Shown in pieces: positions 8,410-19,199 of a stretch of DNA of 64,000 nucleotides (position 1 is its first letter; every line of letters starts with the position of its first letter). Under the pieces are notes generated by a model. That model was not told where the DNA came from. It did not search any database and was given only the letters and a program-made list of their open reading frames with translations. Position numbers and translations under genes: made by a program. Origin of the DNA: an uncultured Gemmatimonadales bacterium (GTDB taxonomy: Bacteria > Gemmatimonadota > Gemmatimonadetes > Longimicrobiales > Gaopeijiaceae); assembly GCA_963809895.1 (NCBI GenBank), contig CAWELD010000003.1, forward strand, positions 544,001-608,000. The letters are read 5' to 3'.

Positions 8410-11031
8410 ATGATAAGCTATGAGCGCCTGACCGTGAAAGCCGCGGAAGCCCTCCAGGCTGCATCGCACGATGCGCGCCGCCGGGGCAATCCCGAGATCC
8501 ACGGTGTCCACCTCCTCCTGGCTCTACTCGATCAGGAAGAGGGTATCGTCACACCCGTCCTCCAGAAGCTGGGCGTGGGCGTGCCGCGCATCCGCCAACT
8601 CACCGAAGAAGCCGTGGAGCGCATGGCCCGCGTCGAGGGCGGGGCCGAGCCTCGCCTCTCCCGTGATCTCACGCGGGCGCTGGACAAGGCCGAGAGCGAG
8701 GCGCGGAGCCTCCAGGACGAGTACGTGTCCACGGAGCACCTTCTCCTGGGCCTGACCGAGGAGAAGAACGACGCCGGGCGCATCCTGAAGGATGCCGGTG
8801 CCACGCCGGCGGCGGTGCGCGAAGCCCTGGAGGCGGTGCGTGGCTCGCACCGGGTGACCGATCAGAGTCCCGAGGACAAGTATCAGGCGCTGGCCCGCTA
8901 CAGCCGCGACCTCACCGACCTTGCGCGCCGCGGCAAACTCGATCCGGTCATCGGGCGTGACGAGGAGATCCGTCGGGTCATCAAGGTCCTGGCTCGCCGC
9001 ACCAAGAACAACCCGGTGCTCATCGGTGAGCCCGGGGTGGGGAAGACCGCCATCGTGGAGGGCCTCGCTCAGCGGATGGTCGCCGGCGACGTACCGACCT
9101 CACTGGCGGACAAGAAGCTGGTGGCCCTGGACATCGGATCCATGCTGGCCGGTGCCAAGTACCGGGGCGAGTTCGAGGAGCGCATGAAGGCGGTGCTGAA
9201 GGAGATCACCGACGCCGATGGCCGCTACGTGGTGTTCATCGACGAGATGCACACCATCGTCGGCGCTGGTGCCGCCGAGGGTGCCGTGGACGCCGGCAAC
9301 ATGCTCAAGCCGCCGCTGGCCCGCGGAGAGCTGCGCCTCGTCGGCGCCACCACGCTGGACGAATACCGCAAGCACATCGAGAAGGACGCCGCGCTGGAGC
9401 GCCGCTTCCAGCCGGTCTTCGTCGCACCACCGTCCGTGGAGGACGCGGTGGCGATCCTGAGGGGGCTCAAGGAGCGCTACGAGGTCCATCACGGGGTCCG
9501 CATCACCGATGACGCGATCATCGCGGCGGTGAAGCTCAGCGACCGCTACATCGGCGGTCGTTTCCTGCCGGACAAGGCCATCGACCTCATGGACGAGGCT
9601 GCGAGCCGGCTCCGCATCGAGATCGATTCCATGCCCCAGGAGATCGACGAGGTGGAGCGGCGCATCACGCAGCTCGAGATCGAGAAGCAGGCGCTGGTGC
9701 GCGAGGAGGATCGCTCGGCGAAGGAGCGTCGCGGCGCCATCGAAGAGGAGCTCAGCGAGCTCCGGGAGAAGAGCAGCGGGATGAAGGCCCGCTGGCAGAG
9801 CGAGAAGGAGGCCATTCAGCGGCTTCAGGGCCTCAAGGAGCGTGTGGACGAGCTCAAGGTCGAGGCGGAGCGTGCCACCCGCACGGGTGACCTGGAGCGC
9901 GCGGCCGAGATCCAGTACTCGGAGATTCCGGGCACGCAGAAGGCCATCGAGGTGGCCGAGGATCGCCTCGGCGAGCTTCAGGCCTCGGGCAAGTTCCTCA
10001 AGGAGGAGGTGGACGCCGACGATATCGCCCAGGTGGTGGGCGAGTGGACCGGGATTCCCGTGAGCCGGCTGCTGGAGTCCGAGCGGCAGCGCCTGACCCA
10101 TCTGGAGGAGTTGCTGTCGCAGCGGGTGGTGGGGCAGCAGGAGGCCGTGGAGGCGGTGGCCAAGGCCGTACGGCGCGCACGTTCGGGTCTGCAGGACCCG
10201 GACCGGCCGGTGGGCTCGTTCATCTTCCTGGGGCCCACCGGGGTCGGGAAGACCGAGACCGCCCGCGCGCTGGCCGAGTTCCTCTTCGACGACGAGCGCG
10301 CCATGGTCCGCATCGACATGTCCGAGTACATGGAGAGACACGCGGTGGCGCGCCTCATCGGGGCGCCTCCCGGATACGTGGGCTTCGAGGAGGGCGGACA
10401 GCTCACCGAAGCCGTGCGTCGCCGGCCCCACGCGGTCATCCTCTTCGACGAGATCGAGAAGGCGCACCCCGAGGTGTTCAACGTCTTCCTGCAGATCCTC
10501 GACGATGGACGCCTCACGGACAGCCAGGGGCGCACCGTCGACTTCCGGCACACCGTGGTCATCATGACCTCCAACATCGGCAGCCAGCTCATCCTGGAGC
10601 GCGCCCAGGCCGGCGATTGGGAGAACCTGGAGGAGACGGTGCGCAAGGAGATGCACCACCATTTCCGGCCGGAGTTCCTGAACCGGGTCGACGACATCAT
10701 CGTCTTCCATCCCCTGGGGATGGAGGAGTTGGTGCGCATCGTGGATCTGCAGCTCGCGCGTGTGGAACGACTGGCGCGGGAGCTGGGGGTGAGCCTCCAG
10801 GTCACGCCCGCGGCGAAGCGCCGTCTGGCCGACGAGGGGTTCGATCCGGCGTTCGGCGCGCGGCCGCTCAAGCGTGTGATCCAGCGCCGGGTGCAGGACC
10901 CGTTGGCGATGCGCCTGCTGGAGGAAGAGGTGCCCGAGGGCACGGTGGCGCGGGTGGACGTGGACCCGGAGGGAGACGAGCTGAGTATCACCCTGGAACC
11001 GGCGCCGGAGCCTGCCGGCACACCCGCTTGA
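8410..11031 (+). CDS. clpB: ATP-dependent chaperone ClpB
   Basis: Clp-N repeats, two AAA+ modules ([16 protein letters not shown]), coiled-coil middle domain, GAPPGYVG; 873 aa. Confidence 0.97.
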   Translation: MISYERLTVKAAEALQAASHDARRRGNPEIHGVHLLLALLDQEEGIVTPVLQKLGVGVPRIRQLTEEAVERMARVEGGAEPRLSRDLTRALDKAESEARSLQDEYVSTEHLLLGLTEEKNDAGRILKDAGATPAAVREALEAVRGSHRVTDQSPEDKYQALARYSRDLTDLARRGKLDPVIGRDEEIRRVIKVLARRTKNNPVLIGEPGVGKTAIVEGLAQRMVAGDVPTSLADKKLVALDIGSMLAGAKYRGEFEERMKAVLKEITDADGRYVVFIDEMHTIVGAGAAEGAVDAGNMLKPPLARGELRLVGATTLDEYRKHIEKDAALERRFQPVFVAPPSVEDAVAILRGLKERYEVHHGVRITDDAIIAAVKLSDRYIGGRFLPDKAIDLMDEAASRLRIEIDSMPQEIDEVERRITQLEIEKQALVREEDRSAKERRGAIEEELSELREKSSGMKARWQSEKEAIQRLQGLKERVDELKVEAERATRTGDLERAAEIQYSEIPGTQKAIEVAEDRLGELQASGKFLKEEVDADDIAQVVGEWTGIPVSRLLESERQRLTHLEELLSQRVVGQQEAVEAVAKAVRRARSGLQDPDRPVGSFIFLGPTGVGKTETARALAEFLFDDERAMVRIDMSEYMERHAVARLIGAPPGYVGFEEGGQLTEAVRRRPHAVILFDEIEKAHPEVFNVFLQILDDGRLTDSQGRTVDFRHTVVIMTSNIGSQLILERAQAGDWENLEETVRKEMHHHFRPEFLNRVDDIIVFHPLGMEELVRIVDLQLARVERLARELGVSLQVTPAAKRRLADEGFDPAFGARPLKRVIQRRVQDPLAMRLLEEEVPEGTVARVDVDPEGDELSITLEPAPEPAGTPA

Positions 11032-11039
11032 CGGCTTCT

Positions 11040-11070
11040 CGGGGGTGCGGCAAGTTCCGCCGAGCCCCCG
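11040..11070 (+). terminator. GC-rich hairpin after clpB (no U-tract; possible terminator or RNA stabiliser)
   Basis: CGGGGG-tg-CGGC-aagttcc-GCCG-ag-CCCCCG just downstream of the clpB stop. Confidence 0.35.
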
Positions 11071-11093
11071 CCACCCTCACGCCCGGAACCGCC

Positions 11094-11564
11094 ATGATCG
11101 CACGTCGTCCAGCATCGAGGGGACGCATCCTCTTCACGCTCACCGCGGGAATGCTGCTCGTCGGCGGGTGCACGACCAAGACCACGCCCATTCGCTCCGG
11201 CGGCGACTCGGCGTTGTCGTCTGTCGCTCCGCAGTTGTCTGTGGAGCGATTCCTGCAGGCTGTGAACGCGAAGGACTACGCGGCCATGGCTTCGCTGTTC
11301 GGCACCGCTGACGGACCGGTGCAGGGCAAGCGTACCGAGATCGAGCTGTGGATGGACACGCTGACGAAGATCCTCGCCCACGAAGACTACAAGATCGTGT
11401 CGCAGGCGCCGGTGGCGGGGCAGGAGCACCCGACGACGCGGGTCGGTGTGGATCTCACCATCGCGGGCGAAGTGGTTCCCAATGTCGCGTTCAACGTCGT
11501 GCAGACGAAGGACGGGAACTGGCTGGTGGAGAAGATCGACACCGAGGCCGTCACGAACCGCTGA
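11094..11564 (+). CDS. Hypothetical lipoprotein (NTF2-like helix/strand pattern)
   Basis: ATG 11094, MIARRPASRGRILFTLTAGMLLVGG-C lipobox; VERFLQAVNAKDYAAMASLFG...WLVEKID. Confidence 0.7.
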   Translation: MIARRPASRGRILFTLTAGMLLVGGCTTKTTPIRSGGDSALSSVAPQLSVERFLQAVNAKDYAAMASLFGTADGPVQGKRTEIELWMDTLTKILAHEDYKIVSQAPVAGQEHPTTRVGVDLTIAGEVVPNVAFNVVQTKDGNWLVEKIDTEAVTNR

Positions 11565-11952
11565 TCTGCACCAGCTCCGTGAGGACGCGCCCGGTGGAGC
11601 GCGGGTGCAGGAAAGCCACCAGATGCCCGCGGGCTCCGGGTCTGGGCTCCTCGTCCACGAGCTCGAAGCCCGCCGCGCGCAGCCGGGAGAGCTCCTGCCG
11701 GATATCCGGCGTACGGTACGCGATGTGGTGAAGCCCGGGGCCGGAGCGCTGGAGAAAGCGCCCCACGGGCGAGTCGGGATCGGTGGGCTCCAGGAGCTCG
11801 ATGGCACCGACGAAGGCGACCCGGACCCGCTGAGACGGGATCTCCTCGACCGGGGAACCGTTCGAGCCGGTCAGGGATTGGTAGAGAGGCAGGGCGTCGC
11901 CCAGCGAAGGCACGGCGATGGCCACGTGATCGAGAGGTAGACCGTTCATCAT
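11551..11952 (-). CDS. mce: Methylmalonyl-CoA epimerase (VOC superfamily)
   Basis: [40 protein letters not shown]. Confidence 0.88.
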   Translation of the reverse strand: MMNGLPLDHVAIAVPSLGDALPLYQSLTGSNGSPVEEIPSQRVRVAFVGAIELLEPTDPDSPVGRFLQRSGPGLHHIAYRTPDIRQELSRLRAAGFELVDEEPRPGARGHLVAFLHPRSTGRVLTELVQISGS

Positions 11953-12030
11953 CGGGTCCGTTCACAAGAGTACGGGCTCGCAGACCACCGGTGGAGGAGC
12001 CGCCGGCGGCGAACATAAAGGAGAGCAGAC

Positions 12031-12372
12031 ATGGCGAACAGCACCACGATTCTCACCGTCACCGACGACAACTTCCAGGCCGAGGTCGAAGGGACCGACG
12101 GCATCGCCATGGTGGACTTCTGGGCCACCTGGTGCGGTCCGTGCCGTATCATCGCGCCGGTGGTGGAGCAGCTGGCCGGTGAGTACGCGGAGCAGGGCCT
12201 CAAGGTCGGCAAACTGGACGTGGACGAGAACCCCAACACCGCGGCCCGATACGGCGTGCGCTCGATTCCCACCGTGCTCTTCTTCAAGAACGGTGAGCTG
12301 GTGGATCGGCTGGTGGGTGCCATGCCCAAGCCGTACTTCGAGGAGAAGATCCAGGCGCTGCTGCAGAACTGA
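12031..12372 (+). CDS. trxA: Thioredoxin
   Basis: [11 protein letters not shown] active site, VRSIPT; AAGGAG RBS. Confidence 0.96.
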   Translation: MANSTTILTVTDDNFQAEVEGTDGIAMVDFWATWCGPCRIIAPVVEQLAGEYAEQGLKVGKLDVDENPNTAARYGVRSIPTVLFFKNGELVDRLVGAMPKPYFEEKIQALLQN

Positions 12373-12402
12373 TCGGCGTCCCGGTCCCCACGGGAGCGGA
12401 GC

Positions 12403-12444
12403 GCGGCGGCCCGGCGGAATCCCTGTCGGGCCGCCGCCTTTTTT
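12403..12444 (+). terminator. Rho-independent terminator after trxA
   Basis: GCGGCGGCCCGGC...GTCGGGCCGCCGC 13-bp stem (one G-U) followed by CTTTTTT. Confidence 0.8.
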
Positions 12445-12486
12445 CGGCCTGTTCCCGCCCACGCGGCTCCGGTAGGATTGGTGTCC

Positions 12487-13359
12487 ATGCCTACCCTCTA
12501 CGTCGTCGCCACACCCATCGGGAACCTGGAGGATCTGACCCGACGCGCCGAGCGCGTGCTGGGTGAGGTCGACCGGGTGTTGGCCGAGGACACCCGCCGC
12601 ACGGGACTCCTCCTCAAGCACCTGGGGATCAAGCGGCCCCTGGTCTCCTTCCACCAGCACAACGAGGCCGCACGCCAGGCGCAGGTCCTGGAGTGGTTGG
12701 CCACGGGCGAGGATCTCGCCCTGGTGTCCGACGCCGGCACCCCGCTGGTCTCGGACCCTGGCGCGCGCCTGGTGGAGGCGGTGGCGGCGGCCGGTCACGA
12801 CGTGGTGCCGATTCCCGGTCCGTCGGCGGTGCTCGCCGCCCTCGTCAGCGCGGGCATTCCGGCCGAGCGCTTCACCTTTTTCGGGTTCACGCCGCGCAAG
12901 GGCCGGGAGCGCGCGTCAACACTCCAGCGGGTCGCCGGGTCGGAGGAGACGGTGGTGCTCTTCGAGTCACCGGAGCGGCTGCGGGCGCTGCTCACCGCGT
13001 TGCGGGACGTGTGCGGTCCGACCCGGCGCGTGACCGTGGCCCGGGAGCTCACGAAGCTCCACGAGAGCGTCGTGCGAGGAACCCTGGACGAGGTCCTCCG
13101 CTACTACGAGGAGCAAGACGGTGTCCGGGGCGAGGTGACCGTCGTGGTCGCCCCGTCTCCGGATTCGGGCCCGGACGAGTCGCGCGTCGAGGACGAGGCG
13201 CGCGCGCTGGCCCGAACCCTCCTGGAGGCCGGTACCGCACCCAGCCGCGTGGCCCGTGAGCTCGCCCGGCACACGGGCCTGACCCGGAACCGGGCCTACG
13301 CCCTGGTCCAGGAGCTGGACGACTCTGACCGATCGCGGATGGGGAGCGACGACGCGTGA
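12487..13359 (+). CDS. rsmI: 16S rRNA (cytidine1402-2'-O)-methyltransferase
   Basis: [54 protein letters not shown]. Confidence 0.95.
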   Translation: MPTLYVVATPIGNLEDLTRRAERVLGEVDRVLAEDTRRTGLLLKHLGIKRPLVSFHQHNEAARQAQVLEWLATGEDLALVSDAGTPLVSDPGARLVEAVAAAGHDVVPIPGPSAVLAALVSAGIPAERFTFFGFTPRKGRERASTLQRVAGSEETVVLFESPERLRALLTALRDVCGPTRRVTVARELTKLHESVVRGTLDEVLRYYEEQDGVRGEVTVVVAPSPDSGPDESRVEDEARALARTLLEAGTAPSRVARELARHTGLTRNRAYALVQELDDSDRSRMGSDDA

Positions 13360-14015
13360 TCTTCGCCCTGGCTCTGACCCTCGCCCTGGCACAGGGTGTG
13401 GGGTCCGATACCATCACCATCGGCCGCCTTCGATACGAGGGGGGTGGGGACTGGTACGCCAATCCGTCGTCGCTGCCGAACCTGCTGTCGGCCATCCGGG
13501 ACCGCACGGGGATTCCCACGGCCCGTCGCGAGGTGGTGGTCACGCCGCTGGATCCGGGGCTGCGAGACCATCCCTACATCTACATGACCGGGCACGGCAA
13601 CGTGCACTTCAGCCCCCAGGAGCGGGCGGCGCTACGGGCCTACCTGCTGGACGGGGGCTTCCTGCACGCCGATGACAACTACGGCCTCGACGAATCGCTC
13701 CGCCGCGAGTTGGCGCTGCTCTTTCCGGACCGTGACATGGTGGAGCTGCCCCCCGACCATCCGGTCTTCCACATGTACTACGACTTTCCGGGGGGCCTGC
13801 CCAAGATCCACGAGCACGACGGCAAACGGGCGCAGGGGTTCGGCATCTTCGACGAGGGCCGGCTGGTGGTCTTCTACTCCTACGAAAGCGATCTCGGCGA
13901 CGGGTGGGAGGACCCCGACGTGCATCACGATCCGCCGGAGATCCGCGAGCAGGCCATCGAGATGGGGGTGAATCTCTTCCTGTACGCGCTGAGCACCGGC
14001 GTGGGAGCCTCGTGA
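13356..14015 (+). CDS. DUF4159 domain-containing exported protein
   Basis: Signal peptide; RLRYEGGGDWYANPSSLPNL, YMTGHGN, GGFLHADDNYG, PKIHEHDG, ESDLGDGWED. Confidence 0.85.
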   Translation: MIFALALTLALAQGVGSDTITIGRLRYEGGGDWYANPSSLPNLLSAIRDRTGIPTARREVVVTPLDPGLRDHPYIYMTGHGNVHFSPQERAALRAYLLDGGFLHADDNYGLDESLRRELALLFPDRDMVELPPDHPVFHMYYDFPGGLPKIHEHDGKRAQGFGIFDEGRLVVFYSYESDLGDGWEDPDVHHDPPEIREQAIEMGVNLFLYALSTGVGAS

Positions 14016-14034
14016 GCACGCCGCGGGGGGAACG

Positions 14035-17000
14035 GTGAGTCCGGTTACGGTCCGGCAGCTCCACGCCGCGGTGCGGGGCCACCTCCGGACCCTGCTGCGT
14101 CGGGCGGGCCTGGCGTGGTCCGGCGTCCTGGTGGCGGCGGTGCTGGTGGCCGCCTGGCTGCTGGTGGGTGCCGACGGCTGGGCGTCGGGCTCGGTCGTTC
14201 CGCTGGTCCTGGACACCGTCCTGCTCGCGGCACTCGTCGCCGGGCTCGTCGCGTTGCGGCGCTGGGTGCGACGTGAGCTCTCCGATGCCCGCGTGGCCCG
14301 CGCCATGGAGGGCGCGGTGGGCCTCCCGGACGGCACCGTCCTGGGCACGCTGGAGCTGGGACGTGGGGTTCCCACGGGCGTGTCGGCGTCACTGGCCCGC
14401 CGGAGCGAGCGCCATCTGGCGGAGCGTCTCGGCGGCGGGACCCAGGCGCTGGCGGGGGACACCGGGCGGGCGGTGGCGTCCTGGGGGCGCCGGGGGCTGC
14501 GCATCCTGGCCCTCGCGGCCCCGGTGCTGGCCTTGCTGTTGATCGTGTCGCCGCGGCGCACCGCCACGGCCTGGACCGGCCTGGGGGTGCCGCTCCGCGT
14601 GCTGGCGACGCCGGCCCTGCCGCCGCTGGCGGTGGAGCCGGGGTCGGTGGAGCTGCCGCGGGGAGCGGCGCTGGAGGTGCGCATCACGGCCGCGTGGCGT
14701 GACAGCGTGACCATCCACTGGCAGGCGGCGGGCGACGTGGGCCGTACGGAGACGGTGCCGGTCGCGGGCGACGTGGGCCGCTGGAGCGCCGACGAGGTGA
14801 CGGCGGGGCTCGAGTACTGGGTGTCGGCGCCCGACGGCGCGCGCACGCCGGTCTTCCGGGTCACACCGGTGGATCCCCTCTTCGTGTCCGACGTCACGGT
14901 CCACCTGGCATTTCCCGACTACACCGGCCGACCCGACGAAGAGTATCGAGGCGACGCCCCCGCGCTGGAGGTGCCCTCGGGCACGCGCATCCGTATCGAG
15001 GGGCAGGGCAGTCGTCCCCTGTCCCGAGGCGAGCTGGTGCTCCAGGGTGAGGGGGCGTCGGATGCCGCACTCACGCTCGATCTGAACGGAAGGGCGTTCG
15101 CCGGCAGCTGGACGCCTCGCCGCTCCGGCACCTACGCCTGGGTCTTCACCGACGCCGAGGGAGGCGCGGCGGAGCTCGTGCCACGGCCCCTGCAGCTCAC
15201 GGTGGTTCCGGACCTGCCTCCCCGGGTGGAGATCGCGCTACCGGGGCGTGACACCGTGCTTCCGCTCAGCATGAAGCAGCCGCTGGTGATCCAGGCCGCC
15301 GACGATTACGGCGTGTCGTGGCTGGAGTTGGTGGCGTGGAGGGTTACGGCGCTGGGTGAGCCCCAGGAGCCGGTGCGCCAACGGGTGGAGCTGGGAGGCG
15401 TGCCGGGTGCCCTGGCCCGACCGCTCATGGACGTGTCCCGTTGGGGCCTCCTCCCCGGGGACGAGGTGCGCTACTACGCCCGGGCCGTGGACAACTCCCC
15501 CGCCGCCCACGAGGCGCAGACCCGGGAGTTCGTGCTCCGCATGCCCGACGCCAGCAGCCTGCAGCGCGAGGCGCAGCAGCAGCTGGATTCGGCGGCCACC
15601 GCGCTCGAAGACCTGGCCGAGCGGGCCCGTCGCAGCGCCGAGGAGACCCGAAATCAGGAGCGCCAGTCCCGATCACCCGACCGGAGCGCGCAGGACCAGG
15701 CGAAACAGCGAAACGCGGCGGGCGACGAGCAGGTGGATTTCGAGGAGCGTGAGGACCTTCAGCGTGCCGTGGACGAGCAGGAAGCCATGGCCTCGCAGGT
15801 GGATTCACTCCGGCAGGAGCTTTCGGACCTGTCCAACACGCTCCAGGACGCCGGCGCCCAGGATCCGGAGCTGGGCAAGGACCTGAAGGAGCTACAGGAC
15901 CTTCTGAACGAGGTGGGGGGCCAGGAACTGCGTGACAAGCTCCAGGAGCTGTCGGAGCGCATGAGCGACATGGACCGGCAGCAGGCGCGCCAGGCCCTGT
16001 CCGACCTCGCCGAGCAGGAAGAGGACTTCCGCCAGCGCCTGGAGCAGGCGTTGGACCGCATGAAGCGCGCTGCCGTGGAGCAGGACTTCCGGGCCACCAC
16101 GTCGGAGGCCCAGGAGCTGGCCAAGCAGGAGCAGGCCCTGTCCGAGGCCATGACCGAAGAGGCCGAGGGCTCCGATCGGGCGCGGCAGCAAGAGGATCTC
16201 CAGGAGCGGGCCGGCGACATGGACGCCCGCATGGAGAAGCTCGGGGAGCGCCTGCAGGAGCTGGGCGAGCAGGACGCCGCCCGGGGCGTCGAGCAGGCCA
16301 GGCAGCAGGGACAGCAGTCCATGCAGTCCATGTCCGAAGCGGCCCAACAGGCCCGGGCTCAGCAGGGGCAGCAGGCGGGGGACCAGGCGGCCCAGGCCGC
16401 CGAGCAGATGAGCCAGGCGGCGCAGGAGCTCCAGGACGCTCAGCAGCAGATGCAGCAGCAGCGGGCCGAGGCGCTCCAGCGCGCCCTGCAGCAGACCAGT
16501 CAGGATGCCCTGTCGCTGGCTCGCCGCCAGGCCGAGCTTCAGCAGGCCATGCAGCAGGCTTCAGCCCAGGAGATGGCCGATATGCGGGGCGACGTGGCCG
16601 CCGTGGAGCAGGGCGTGCGGAACATGGCGGAGAACCTGTCGGCCGCCACGCGCATGGCGGGGGCGTCGGGAGGCGAGCGTGAGATCGGCACGGCCATGGG
16701 TCAGGCCATGGCGGCGCTTCAGCAGACCATCTCCACCATGGATTCGCCCTCGGCGAGCACCCGCTCTCCCGGCACCTCGGCCGAGGCGTCCGTCGACGCC
16801 CTCAACCGGATCGCCATGCAGGCGCGTGCCGCTGCGCAGCAGATGTCGCAGGGCCAGCAGTCCGGGACCTCGGCCGAGCAGATGATGCAGGCGCTCGAGC
16901 GCATGGCGCAGCAGCAGGCGGACGTGAACAACCAGGCCGGCCAGATGATGCCCATGCAGCTCTCCCAGCAGGCACTGCAGCAACAGATGCAGCAGCTCTC

Positions 17001-17439
17001 GCAGGGCCAGCAGTCCGTGGCGTCGGATCTGGACGATCTGGCCCGCAAGGAGAGTGACGAAGGGCCGCTGGGCGACCTGGAGGCCATGGCCAAGGAGGCC
17101 GAGGCGCTGGCCCGGGAGCTGGCCCAGGGCCGGCTGGACCCGGAGACCCGGCGCCGGCAGGAGGAGCTCTTCCATCACCTCCTCGATGCCGGGCGCAGCC
17201 TGGAGAAGGAGGAGTATTCCGAAGAGCGTGAGTCCGAGAGCCCCGGGACATTCGAGCCCGGCGAGGTGGCCCCACTGACCCGAGATGCCCTGGGGCTGCT
17301 GCGCTTCCAGGCGCCGGATGCCGAGACGCTGGGACGCCTGCCACCCGCGGCCAGGGCCTTGGTGTTGCGATACTTCCAGCGCCTGAATCGGGGAGGCTCC
17401 GGCGCCACGCCCCCGCCGGCGAGGCCGGGGGGATCATGA
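14035..17439 (+). CDS. DUF4175-like large membrane protein with Ig-like region and long Gln/Glu-rich coiled coil
   Basis: Three N-terminal TM segments, beta-rich middle (DDYGV...YYARAVDN), ~500 aa Q/E/A-rich coiled coil, C-terminal 'LVLRYFQRL'; adjacent to DUF4159. Confidence 0.7.
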   Translation: MSPVTVRQLHAAVRGHLRTLLRRAGLAWSGVLVAAVLVAAWLLVGADGWASGSVVPLVLDTVLLAALVAGLVALRRWVRRELSDARVARAMEGAVGLPDGTVLGTLELGRGVPTGVSASLARRSERHLAERLGGGTQALAGDTGRAVASWGRRGLRILALAAPVLALLLIVSPRRTATAWTGLGVPLRVLATPALPPLAVEPGSVELPRGAALEVRITAAWRDSVTIHWQAAGDVGRTETVPVAGDVGRWSADEVTAGLEYWVSAPDGARTPVFRVTPVDPLFVSDVTVHLAFPDYTGRPDEEYRGDAPALEVPSGTRIRIEGQGSRPLSRGELVLQGEGASDAALTLDLNGRAFAGSWTPRRSGTYAWVFTDAEGGAAELVPRPLQLTVVPDLPPRVEIALPGRDTVLPLSMKQPLVIQAADDYGVSWLELVAWRVTALGEPQEPVRQRVELGGVPGALARPLMDVSRWGLLPGDEVRYYARAVDNSPAAHEAQTREFVLRMPDASSLQREAQQQLDSAATALEDLAERARRSAEETRNQERQSRSPDRSAQDQAKQRNAAGDEQVDFEEREDLQRAVDEQEAMASQVDSLRQELSDLSNTLQDAGAQDPELGKDLKELQDLLNEVGGQELRDKLQELSERMSDMDRQQARQALSDLAEQEEDFRQRLEQALDRMKRAAVEQDFRATTSEAQELAKQEQALSEAMTEEAEGSDRARQQEDLQERAGDMDARMEKLGERLQELGEQDAARGVEQARQQGQQSMQSMSEAAQQARAQQGQQAGDQAAQAAEQMSQAAQELQDAQQQMQQQRAEALQRALQQTSQDALSLARRQAELQQAMQQASAQEMADMRGDVAAVEQGVRNMAENLSAATRMAGASGGEREIGTAMGQAMAALQQTISTMDSPSASTRSPGTSAEASVDALNRIAMQARAAAQQMSQGQQSGTSAEQMMQALERMAQQQADVNNQAGQMMPMQLSQQALQQQMQQLSQGQQSVASDLDDLARKESDEGPLGDLEAMAKEAEALARELAQGRLDPETRRRQEELFHHLLDAGRSLEKEEYSEERESESPGTFEPGEVAPLTRDALGLLRFQAPDAETLGRLPPAARALVLRYFQRLNRGGSGATPPPARPGGS

Positions 17440-19199
17440 GTCCGGCGCGCACCGCGGGGCTGCTCCTGCTGGTGATGGCCGGCGCGTCGCCGGGTCTGGC
17501 GGCTCAGCAGGATCCCGTGGGACCCCAGGAAGAGGCTCGTCTGTTGCGGGAGGCCTCGGGACTCGAGTGGCAGGGCAAGGTGGACGAGGCCATCGGCACC
17601 CTGGAGGAGCTTCTCGACCGCAAGCCGGACTCGTCGGGGGGCCTGTTCGCCCTGGAGCGCATCCTGAGGGGCGCCGAACGGGTCCGGGAAGTGCTGCCCA
17701 GGGCCGACCGCTTTCTGGAGGTCGACCCTTCGGCGTCGGGTCCGCGCTACCTCAAGCTCCGGGTCCTGGTGGAGATCGATTCCCTGGGGGCGCTGGACGC
17801 CGCCGCCCGCGCCTGGTTCCGCGCCGAGCCCGGATCGCCGGATCCCTACCGCGAAGTGGCCCGTCTGTATGAACGCGCCTACGGTCCCGAGCGGGCCCTG
17901 GACGTGCTGCGCAGGGGACGCGACGCGTTGGACCGGGCCGACGCCCTGGCACTGGAGACCGGCGATCTCCTCGCCGAGACCGGTGACCAGCGAGGCGCCG
18001 TGCGGGAGTGGGCCGCCGCGTTGGCGGATCCCCAGACCGACGTGTCGGACGTGTTGGAGCGCCTCGAGGGCCTGAAGCACGACGACCCGGGGCTGGCCGA
18101 GCCGGTGGTGGAGGCCCTGATGGCGTCGGCGTCCAGCGCCGAGCGTCGCAAGGCGGCGGTGGCGGTGGCGCTGAGCGCGGGTCCCGACCGCGCCATCGAG
18201 GTCGCCGGGCGCATCCTGGACGGGCTCGACGGATCACGGCGAAACGCCTTTCTGGATCAGGTCGCCCAGCTGGCGCGGGAACGCCAGGCGCCCAAGGTCT
18301 CGCTGTGGGCGCTGGAAGGGCTCCAGTCCTCATCCACGCGGGGCGACGCATCGTCGCCGCAGGTCCAGGCACGCATGGCGGCCGCGGCCCTGGCCGCGGG
18401 CGACACCGCCGAGGCCCTGGCCGCCCAGACTCGCCTGGCCCGGAGCCTGGAGCCCGGCTCGGCCGAAAGGCGTCGCGTGGTCGCGGACCTGGTGCGGCTG
18501 GAAGCGGGCAGCGCCGATGCGGCCACGCTGGAGCAGCGGCTGGAGGGCTTCCGGCGAGAGTTTCCCGAGGCTCCGGAGGCCGACGGGCTTCTGGCCGACG
18601 TCGCCGCGCGCCTGGCGGCCCGGGGGCAGGTCGACGAGGCGCTGGGACTGATCGATCAGGTCCTGGGTCCGCGCAGCCAGCTCGAGCGAGCCTGGCTCTA
18701 CTTCGAGCAGGGCGACGTGGCGCGGGGCAGGGAGGCGCTGGAGGCGGCGCTGCCGGCCCTGGCGCCCGCCGAGGCCACCGAAGCGTTGCAGCTTCTCACG
18801 TCGCTGGACCGGGTGGCTCCCGCCACGGGCGCCGCCCTGGCCCTGGCTGCCGCCAGAGTTCACCACGGCGCGCCCGAGACAGCACTGTCGGGCCTGAACG
18901 CGGCACTGACCGAGGCGCCCGAGGCCGACCAGGCGCCCCTCCACGCGCGCGCCGCTCGTGTGGCGCTGACGCTGGGCGACACCGTCACCTGCGAGTCACA
19001 TCTCCGCTACGTGGTCGACGAGGCCACCGACAGTCCCGAAGCGCCCGAAGCCTTCCTGCTGTTGGCCCGGCTGCGCGCAGCGAGCCCGGACGGGGTCCAG
19101 GAGGCCCGTGCCCTTCTGGAGAAGCTCATCGTCGCACATCCGCAGGCCGCCGTGGTGCCGGCGGCCCGGCGCGAGCTCGACAGGCTGGGGCGCGGCTGA
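17436..19199 (+). CDS. Exported tetratricopeptide-repeat protein
   Basis: Signal peptide; helical A/L/E/R-rich TPR pattern; C-terminal YfiO/CpoB-like 'LEKLIVAHPQAAVVPAARREL'. ATGA overlap with the upstream gene. Confidence 0.7.
   Translation: MSPARTAGLLLLVMAGASPGLAAQQDPVGPQEEARLLREASGLEWQGKVDEAIGTLEELLDRKPDSSGGLFALERILRGAERVREVLPRADRFLEVDPSASGPRYLKLRVLVEIDSLGALDAAARAWFRAEPGSPDPYREVARLYERAYGPERALDVLRRGRDALDRADALALETGDLLAETGDQRGAVREWAAALADPQTDVSDVLERLEGLKHDDPGLAEPVVEALMASASSAERRKAAVAVALSAGPDRAIEVAGRILDGLDGSRRNAFLDQVAQLARERQAPKVSLWALEGLQSSSTRGDASSPQVQARMAAAALAAGDTAEALAAQTRLARSLEPGSAERRRVVADLVRLEAGSADAATLEQRLEGFRREFPEAPEADGLLADVAARLAARGQVDEALGLIDQVLGPRSQLERAWLYFEQGDVARGREALEAALPALAPAEATEALQLLTSLDRVAPATGAALALAAARVHHGAPETALSGLNAALTEAPEADQAPLHARAARVALTLGDTVTCESHLRYVVDEATDSPEAPEAFLLLARLRAASPDGVQEARALLEKLIVAHPQAAVVPAARRELDRLGRG

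Noticed and set aside
14012..14037. Possible frameshift in the G6 run joining an overlapping GTG at 14012 to the DUF4175-like ORF
   Set aside because: GTG 14035 with a G-rich RBS explains the gene without invoking an error; cannot be decided from sequence.
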